From Eledone cirrhosa (taxonomy: Eukaryota), in contig OZ024765.1 of assembly GCA_964016885.1 (NCBI GenBank), forward strand, positions 10,602,001-10,666,000: DNA of 64,000 bases, in the 5' to 3' direction. Position numbers and translations under genes: made by a program. Positions 53,884-64,000 of this stretch are shown piece by piece (the first letter of the stretch is position 1; each line of letters starts with the position of its first letter). Below the pieces are notes generated by a model. It was given only the letters and a program-made list of their open reading frames with translations, was not told the DNA's origin and made no database searches.

Positions 53884-54134
53884 GTCTAATCCATGTTAGC
53901 TTGGAAGATGGATGTTAAACGAAGATGATGATGATGATGATGATGTATGTTGGTGTGTGTGTCGACGTATGTGTCTGCATGTATGTATATGTTATGTGTG
54001 TATCAAGGTATGTATTGTATGTGTCTATGCATGTAATATATGTATGTGTGTGTCAAGGTAATATGTATGTTGTATGTCAGTGTGTGTGTGTGTGCACCAA
54101 AGAATGTATGCAGGACGTTACTATTTCTAATGTG

Positions 54135-54432
54135 AAGGCTTAGTGGTTAGGCTTGCAATTGGGAGGTTGTGAGTTTGATTCTCGGACGAGGTGATGTGAT
54201 GTGTTGTGTCCTTGAGCAAGACACTCTATTTTACATTGCTCCAGTTTATTCAGCTGTAGAAATGAGTTGCCATGTCACTGGTGCCAGCCTTTGCCTTTCC
54301 CTTGGACAACATCAGTGGCGTGGAGAGGGGGGACTGGTTTGCATGGGTCACTGCTGGTCTTCCACAAACAACCTTGCCTGGAGAGGAACTTTCTAGATGC
54401 AAATCTCACGGTCAGCTGACTCTACTGAAAGC
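54135..54432 (+). mobile_element. SINE with family-A head and central block but an alternative body/tail
   Basis: ggcttagtggttag...ccttgagcaagacact...cagctgtagaaatgag, then diverges from family A. Confidence 0.75.
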
Positions 54433-55764
54433 TAGGCGCTCCACAGGGTCTATGAGCATGCCTATGTATTTTTTATCTACTGTAGTGGGCTGGAAAGACT
54501 AAGGTGCCAGATGAGGCCTCATATGTCAGAAAATCCAGTGGCCTTGTCAGGGGTTAATACAGTCTAGCTTATATGAGGTGAGGTGTTCGTCCTTCCAAGC
54601 AGAAAGGCATGGCATGAAGATGTGAAAATTAATTTATTTATTTACAAAAAAAAAGCACATTAAGGACGGTGCGAGGAGGTACATTGTGGGTTTTGTGGGG
54701 ACGTGGGAAAAAATATGAACCGAGACCCCCCCCCCCCCCCCCGGGCCAAATGATGATAATAGTAATAACAATTTAGGGGCTGGGAAAGTCGATTAAATCG
54801 ACCCCAGTCCATTACTGGTGCTCTATTTTATCGACCCCGTAAGGGTGGAAGGGCAAAGCTAACCTTAAAGCTAATTAAAGCCAAGAACATTTCCCTAATA
54901 GGAGCGAGACATCCGAGGGTCACTCGTGGAAACCCCACCCCACCACACACACACTCAGAGAAAGCCACGGTCACCCTGACCACTAAGTCAAGTATCTTCT
55001 TTTAAATCGTCCTCGCACCTCATGTCTACATGTGTGAGTATGTGCGTGTATCTCTGTATATGAGTGTGGCTATGGGTATGTGAATATGTGTGTGTGTGTG
55101 TGAGTGTGTATGTGTATGTATCTGTGTGTGTCCGTGGGTGTGAGTCTGTGAATGTATCTGTGAGTGTGGGTGTATATGTGTATCTGTCTATGGGTGTATG
55201 TCTGAATGTATGTGTGTGAGTGTGGGTGTGAGTCTGTGAATGTATCTGTGAGTGTGGGTGTATATGTGTATCTGTCTATGGGTGTATGTCTGTGAATGTA
55301 TGTGTGTGAGTGTGGGTGTGTGTCTGTGAATGTATCTGTGAGTGTGTCTGCGGGTGTGAGTGTGTATGTGTATGTATCTGTGGTTGTGCGTCTGTACATG
55401 TCTCTGAGTATGTGTCTGAGTATATGTCTGTGTATGTGTATGTGAGTGTGTATGTATCTGTGAGTGTGCGTGTCTATATGTCTGTGAGTCTGTATGTCTG
55501 AGTGTGTGAGTATATCTGTATATCTGTATGTGTGTATGTCTGGGTGTGTAGTATACGCCGACGATACTCACCACTCCCATCCATCTCCCAATAAATTTTA
55601 CTCGATATTTCCAATCCATCGATCACTGCAAACCCAACAAACAATTCGACTTGATGACAAATTAATGCTGGCGAAATTCTGTTCCTTCGCCATGTCATCG
55701 ATTCGGGTCTTAACATTTTAGATTTTAGACAATGTCTTGCTTAATTAGTTGTATGCATGTACGC

Positions 55765-55831
<67 letters not shown>

Positions 55832-56104
55832 CTTGAAATATATATAATAAAATAAATATGGTTTTATAAATATAGTTTCCATTTATTTAATATCATTGAA
55901 TATTTACTCCAGTAACTTGTTGAGTGCTCTAAATCAGTTATAAAAATTTATATTTGTCGGACTTCCAACAAATTAAATACCCCTTCTACTTATATATATA
56001 TATCTTATATATATATATATCTTATTTATATATATATCTTTATATATATATATCTTATATATATATATATCTTATATATATATATATCTTATATATATAT
56101 ATAT

Positions 56105-56148
<44 letters not shown>

Positions 56149-56179
56149 TAAATGAAGACGTTCACGTAATCAAAATATG

Positions 56180-56241
56180 TTTTATTATATATATTTCGGA
56201 GGTACTGTGCTGTTTTTTCAGTACGTCCTCGTCAGATAAAA
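56180..56241 (-). ncRNA. Type I hammerhead motif, no mirror arm
   Basis: Minus strand ttttat-CTGACGA-ggacgtactg-aaaaaacagca-cagtacctcc-GAAA-tatata-TA-ataaaa; canonical G-C at the base of stem II. Confidence 0.75.
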
Positions 56242-56833
56242 TACATGAATTGACGTATGACATACCTCAACTGTGCTGATGGTTCAATTCCAGTTTTGGC
56301 AGTCAAGCTATATATATACACATAAATATGTGTTCGATTATAAGGGATATATATATACACACACACATAAATATATACATAAATAAATGTGTTCGATTAT
56401 AGGGGATATATTTATATATATAGTTTAGAATTTCGATTCCATCCGTCTATTTGCTTATATATGTATATATACACACGCATATATATATATATATATATAA
56501 TAAAAAATTGAACAGGGACAGAACAGAGAGGCAGTACGACAAATGTTTATTAGATTCACGCTCAGGAGAGTGGGGGGTAGGTATATATATATATATATAT
56601 ACACATGTACCTATGTATGCATGTATATACATACATAAATGTAGGTATATATCGAATAGCCGTGTTTCCGTCGTACCGTTTTACAACCTGTTCTCCGATA
56701 TTCTATGTTTAATATATTTATATATACGTATACACACACACACACACACACTCATATATATACATATAATTGTTTCTACTTTTGGCACAAGGCCAGCAAT
56801 TACCCAGTGCATTACTGGTACTTTATTTTATCG

Positions 56834-56872
<39 letters not shown>

Positions 56873-57018
56873 TGTGTGTGTGTATATAATGTATGTAATA
56901 TTCAGATCTATACTTGAAGCTCTGGCGTATCCGTAGTGACGCACTAAGCTATGCCATAGAATATATATATCAATGCGTATATATATATATATATATATAT
57001 ATATCAATATATCAATGC

Positions 57019-57052
<34 letters not shown>

Positions 57053-57056
57053 ATGC

Positions 57057-57096
<40 letters not shown>

Positions 57097-57102
57097 ACGC
57101 AT

Positions 57103-57168
<66 letters not shown>

Positions 57169-57398
57169 CAATGCGCGTATATTTGTGTATGTATGTACAA
57201 TGACATCTAGGGAATGAGCTGATATTTGAGTAGAAAGAAAGACAAAAAAGATTTAGGCGAGCCGGGTATATATTAAAATATTTCTGATTTGTCATCAGAT
57301 GATTAAACACGCATACACACGTTTATGTATATATGTGTGTGTAGACGTATGCATGTGAGTGTATACATTTGCCGCATGTATGTATGCATGCATGCGCG

Positions 57399-57480
<82 letters not shown>

Positions 57481-57573
57481 GTTTGGAGAGGAAGTTTATA
57501 TGCATTTGTATTTGTAATACGTCCATTTTCAATGCATAAAGTGAAGTATATATATATAATATATATATATATG

Positions 57574-57642
<69 letters not shown>

Positions 57643-57645
57643 TTA

Positions 57646-57682
<37 letters not shown>

Positions 57683-57845
57683 TTATGTGTGTGTGTGTAT
57701 GTATATATATATATATATATACACACACACATATTTGTGTGTGCGTACATATACGATATATGTACATGCACCCTACACCTATGTATGCATATATATATAT
57801 AGATATAGATATATATCTTTGTATACACGGTATATAAGTATGCTT

Positions 57846-57962
<117 letters not shown>

Positions 57963-58207
57963 CATACACACACACACATACATAAATATATGTATGTATA
58001 TTCTACAATTCTACTACCCCTGCAGTCACAATCATTAATCTTTAATCTGTATTTTATAATTTCTAAATTAATAAAGCTGTATATGATTTATTATCATTCT
58101 TGTCCTTAAACTCTTCACCTTCTATTGAAATATCTTTCAATATCTGTTTACGAACTGTTTTACCATTTAACACACCGATACACACACCTGTGAACTTTAT
58201 ATATCTA

Positions 58208-58242
<35 letters not shown>

Positions 58243-58276
58243 GATATCTATATGTATGTATATATAGAAATGTATG

Positions 58277-58313
<37 letters not shown>

Positions 58314-58380
58314 ATATATATAAAGATCCCATTAAGGGTGAAAGCAGCGATTCTTTGCTTAAACTTTAATCTGTTATTTT

Positions 58381-58452
<72 letters not shown>

Positions 58453-58755
58453 TTAATGGTAGCTATGGTGTTTCCATAGGCGGTATACCACTTGAGCACT
58501 CTATGTTCTTACACAGCAGAGTGTGATATAATATAAAACGACTGATTTTCCGTTTTATATTATATATATATATATATATTTGTATATAACGAAGGAAATG
58601 TGGTAAGGAACCAGGTGGACCATAACGCACCAGAGTACTCGATACTTAGGGTAGTAGAGTGGGTAATAGGAAAAGAGTCAGGTGCCCGACGGCTGAGCTC
58701 CGACCTAGCTGTCGAAACGGCCGGAGCTCAGCCATCGGGGTCCTGAATCTTTTCC

Positions 58756-58786
<31 letters not shown>

Positions 58787-58787
58787 G

Positions 58788-59049
58788 TAGATGAGATTCT
58801 ACAGGACTAGAACTGTTTCATTCTTTAGAAATCATCAGGAATCTGGGTATCAAAAAATAAATATGGTATTTATAGGCCTCTTCAGGTGGTAGGAGAGGGT
58901 AGGGAGTGGGATGGGTAGAGGTCATTGGTTGATAGAAAAGGGAATTCATTAAAAGCTAATTCTTTAAAGCTATAATTTATTTTTTGATACCCAGATTCCT
59001 GATGATTTCTAAAGAATGAAACAGTTCTAGTCCTGTAGAATCTCATCTA
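58788..59049. mobile_element. Penelope-like fold-back (~75-bp arms, ~110-nt spacer)
   Basis: 58788-58862 versus 58975-59049 are reverse complementary; the family tail recurs at 42800-42910. Confidence 0.78.
58993..59043 (+). ncRNA. Type I hammerhead motif with a complete stem III (mirror on - at ~58794-58844)
   Basis: agattc-CTGATGA-t-ttc-taaa-gaa-t-GAAA-cag-ttctagtc-ctg-TA-gaatct; GUA cleavage triplet. Confidence 0.8.
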
Positions 59050-59499
59050 TATTAAAACTTTTATACTCTGCTATGTATTGAGTACCTTACTTACTGTGGT
59101 TACCTCCGATTCAGCCTGGAATAATGTACATGCGTTGTTCAAGATGAAATGGATAATCTTTCTCTTATTCTCAATGTACTTTAAATGTTTCTTTACTGCC
59201 CACTAAATAATTGTTTCTACGTTAAGCACAAGGCCAGCAAATACCCATTGCATTACTGGTACTTTATTTTATCGACCCCATAAGGATGAAAGGCAAAGTT
59301 AACCTCGGTGGATTCCACTAAATAGTGTTAATGTTGATAATAATAGTAATATTAATATTATTTTCTTTATTTAAGATAAGGCTTTACAAAAGGTCGTATT
59401 TCTGCTGTGGAATGTGAATTTGAAAATAAATGACCGTGCTGGAGATATTATATTCTAGAGATAAGATTAGTAAAGATGCGACTTCTATTCCCCTTCATA

Positions 59500-60925
59500 C
59501 ATATATACACACACACACATTCAGATATTCACATACATATACACATATATACATACACACACACATTCAGATATTCACATACATATACACATATATACAT
59601 ACACACGGTAAAAACCTCCCAGCCCCACACTGTAAATGTGGTTGGTGTTAGGAAGGGCATCCAGCTGTAGAAAACCCGCCAGACAGTCCACGCTGTAATG
59701 TGGCCGTGTAGGCAACACGGTAAAAACCTCCCAGCCCCACACTGTAAATGTGGTTGGTGTTAGGAAGGGCATCCAACTGTAGAAAACCCGCCAGACAGTC
59801 CTATGCGAGCAAGACAACCACTCTTGCCTCAAGTGGGAAAACCCCCGTCCAAACCCATGCAAGCGTGGAACACGGACGCTAAACCTGATGATGATGATGA
59901 CACACACATTCAGATATTCACATACATATACACATATATACATACACACACACATTCAGATATTCACATACATATACACATATATACATACACACACACA
60001 TTCAGATATTCACATACATATACACATATATACATACACACACACATTCAGATATTCACATACATATACACATATATACATACACACACACACACATTCA
60101 GATATTCACATACATATACACATATATACATACACACACACATTCAGATATTCACATACATATACACATATATACATACACACACACATTCAGATATTCA
60201 CATACATATACACATATATACATACACACACACATTCAGATATTCACATACATATACACATATATACATACACACACACACATTCAGATATTCACATACA
60301 TATACACATATATACATACACACACACATTCAGATATTCACATACATATACACATATATACATACACACACACACATTCAGATATTCACATACATATACA
60401 CATATATACATACACACACATTCAGATATTCACATACATATACACATATATACATACACACTCACATTCAGATATTCATACATATACACATATATACATA
60501 CACACACACATTCAGATATTCACATACATATACACATATATACATACACACACACATTCAGATATTCACATACATATACACATATATACATACACACACA
60601 CATTCAGATATTCACATACATATACACATATATACATACACACACACATTCAGATATTCACATACATATACACATATATACATACACACACATTCAGATA
60701 TTCACATACATATACACATATATACATACACACACACATTCAGATATTCACATACATATACACATATATACATACACACACATTCAGATATTCACATACA
60801 TATACACATATATACATACACACACACATTCAGATATTCACATATATACACATATATACATACACACACACATTCAGATATTCACATATATACACATACA
60901 CACATTCAGATATTCACATACATAT
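59500..60925. repeat. ~44-48 bp minisatellite (cacattcagatattcacatacatatacacatatatacata), interrupted by an RTE family B 3'UTR at 59607-59900
   Basis: Direct inspection. Confidence 0.9.
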
Positions 60926-61099
60926 ATACATATACACATACACTTATGCATTCACACACACATATATAAGCATACATGCACACATACACACATTCACAAA
61001 CACACAATCACATACACATATATTATACACACATTCCCACAAGTGTACATTCACGTGCATAGACATTTACACACATACATATACATAAACAAATTAACA

Positions 61100-61485
61100 C
61101 ACAAACATACAATCATATATATATATAGACACATACACAAACATACAATCATATATATACACACATACACAAACATACAATCATATATATACACACATAC
61201 ACAAACATACAATCATATATATACACACATACACAAACATACAATCATATATATACACACACACATACAAAAGCATACATATATATATACACATAGAAAA
61301 GCATACAATCATATATATATATATACACACATACACAAACATATAATCATATATATATATATATATATACACACTTACAAAAGCATACAATCATATATAT
61401 ACACACATACACAAACATACAATCATATATATATACACACACATACATACAATCATATATATACATATACACACACAAACATACA

Positions 61486-61526
<41 letters not shown>

Positions 61527-63260
61527 ACAAACATACATTCATATATATACACGCACACATACACAAACATACAATCATATATATACACACATACACAAAC
61601 ATACAATCATATATACACATATACACACATATACAAACATACAATCATATATATACACACATACACAAACATACAATCATATATACACATATACATACAT
61701 ACACAAACATACAATCATATATATATATACACATACATACAAAAGCATACAATCATATACACAAACATACATTCACTTATATACACACATACAATCATAT
61801 ATATACATACACACACACACAAGCATACAATCATATATATATATATACACACACATACACAAACATACAATCATATATATATATACACATACATCATCAT
61901 CATCATCATTTCATTTTACGTCCGCTTTTTCCCTGCTTGCAAAGGTGGGATGGGAACTGATTCTGGCTTGATTTCTACAGCTGGATGCCCTTCCTAACAC
62001 CAACCTCATTTACAGTGAGTGCTGGGTGCTTTTTTGCCGTGGTACCTGCACGACCACTTTGCAGATATGGACCCCAGTCCCTATCATCTCATTTCTACAG
62101 CTGAGTAAACTGGAGCAATGTGAAATAAAGTGTCTTGCTCAAGGAAACAACACATCACCCGGTCTGAGAATTGAACTCACAACCTTTCGATTGCAAGGCC
62201 AATGCTCTAACCACTAAGCTATGTGCCTCCATTTATATATACATACAATCATATATATACACACACATACAAAAGCATACAATCATATATATACACACAT
62301 ACACAAACATAAATCATATATATACACACATACACAAGCATACAATCATATATATACACACATACACAAACATACAATCATATATATACACACATACACA
62401 AACATACAATCATATATATATACACACACACACACAAACATACAATCATATATATACATATACACACACAAACATACAATCATATATATATATATACACA
62501 CACATACACAAACATACAATCATATATATATATATACACACACATACACAAACATACAATCATATATATATACACATACACAAACATACAATCATATATA
62601 TATATATATACACACATACACAAACATGTAATCATATATATATATATATATACACACATACACAAACATACAATCATATATATATACACACATACACAAA
62701 CATACAATCATATATATATACACGCACACATACACATACATACAAAAACATACAATCATATATATACACACATACAAAAACATACAATCATATATATATA
62801 TATATACACACATACACAAACATACAATCATATATATATACACACATACACAAACATGCAATCATATATATACACAAACATACAATCATATATATATACA
62901 AGCGCACATACACATACATACAAAAACATACATATACACACACACAAACATACAATCATATATATATACACACACACACACACAAACATACAATCATATA
63001 TATATATACACACACACACACACAAACATGCAATCATATAATATATACACACACATACAAAAACATACAATCATATATCTACACACACATACACAAACAT
63101 ACGATCATATATATACACACATACACAAACATACAATCATATAATACATATACACACACACAAACATACAATCATATATATATATATATAGACACATACA
63201 CAAACATGCAATCATATATACGCACACATACAAAAACATACAATCATATACAAATGCACC
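61100..63260. repeat. ~30-bp minisatellite (acacatacacaaacatacaatcatatatat), interrupted by SINE A
   Basis: Direct inspection. Confidence 0.9.
61893..62231 (-). mobile_element. SINE family A copy
   Basis: Matches 2290-2627 with a small internal deletion. Confidence 0.9.
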
Positions 63261-63575
63261 ATTCTCAAACATTATTCACACGTACACAAACATACATTCA
63301 CATACATTCACATACATATACATACATACACAAACATACATTATTACTATATATATATATATAATAACCAGAAGGTATATTCAATTTGTTGGTAATTCAA
63401 CAAATATAAATATTTATAACTGATTCAGAGCACTCAACAGATTTTCTGGAGTATAATATACAAAGATAAGATATTAAATAAATGGAAACTATATTTATAT
63501 TTACCCTTGAAATATATATAATTGAATAAATAAAATATGGTTTTATAAATATACTTTCCATTTATTTAATATCTT

Positions 63576-63653
<78 letters not shown>

Positions 63654-63660
63654 TATACAT

Positions 63661-64000
63661 ATAGACGGTAGCCACGGAGTAGGCAGACCCAGAAAAACCT
63701 GGGACGACTTGATAAATTCCGACCTCACACACTTACATCTCTCCAAGACAATGTCACTGGACCGAGATCTTTGGCGCTACACAGTCATACAGAAGACCCG
63801 CCTTGCCTAAGTACAAAGCGAAATCCACAGTCAGTAGGCACCTCTAACAAAATACATCCCCCCGTCCCACTACCCCCACCCCATCCACACCACCCCCTTA
63901 AATGTGAAGTTATGTTGGTACCTCAACATCCAGTCCGAAATAAATGAGGTCGTGTAGGTGTCACGACAAAAAAAAAACACACAGTCCACGCTGGAATGTG
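63661..64000 (+). mobile_element. RTE LINE family B: ORF C-terminus plus start of the 3'UTR
   Basis: IDGSHGVGRPRKTWDDLINSDL..L.L...M..DRDLWRYTVIQKTRLA*, followed by a UTR shared with 5768-6177 and 45690-46012. Confidence 0.85.

Noticed and set aside
59803-63364. 388-, 690- and 397-aa His/Thr/Tyr/Ile ORFs
   Set aside because: Microsatellite and minisatellite artefacts.

Overview
This is a repeat-dense, AT-rich metazoan window. The SINE, MITE and microsatellite landscape resembles octopod cephalopods (inference). Three host genes can be assembled from GT-AG exons. (1) MMADHC/cblD on +, 7 coding exons at 9636-19987, 891 nt = 296 aa. (2) Sepiapterin reductase SPR on -, 3 exons at 31432-25303, 810 nt = 269 aa, convergent with MMADHC. 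(3) The first coding exon of a PICALM/AP180 (ANTH) gene on + at 38604-38733, whose first intron appears to run past the window end. The rest is tRNA-derived SINEs, RTE/CR1/R4/CRE LINE fragments, TTAA-flanked piggyBac-type MITEs, mariner/Tc1 relics, a Helitron, many mini- and microsatellites, and a 200-N gap at 35309-35508. The most striking unexplained structure is a set of at least 7 loci with Penelope-type hammerhead ribozyme motifs, mostly beside (TA)n tracts. Four of them lie in near-perfect fold-back palindromes, oriented so that on either strand the antisense copy is transcribed before the ribozyme. Nearly all long ORFs in the track are low-complexity artefacts. Repeat coordinates and copy numbers were read by eye and are approximate.
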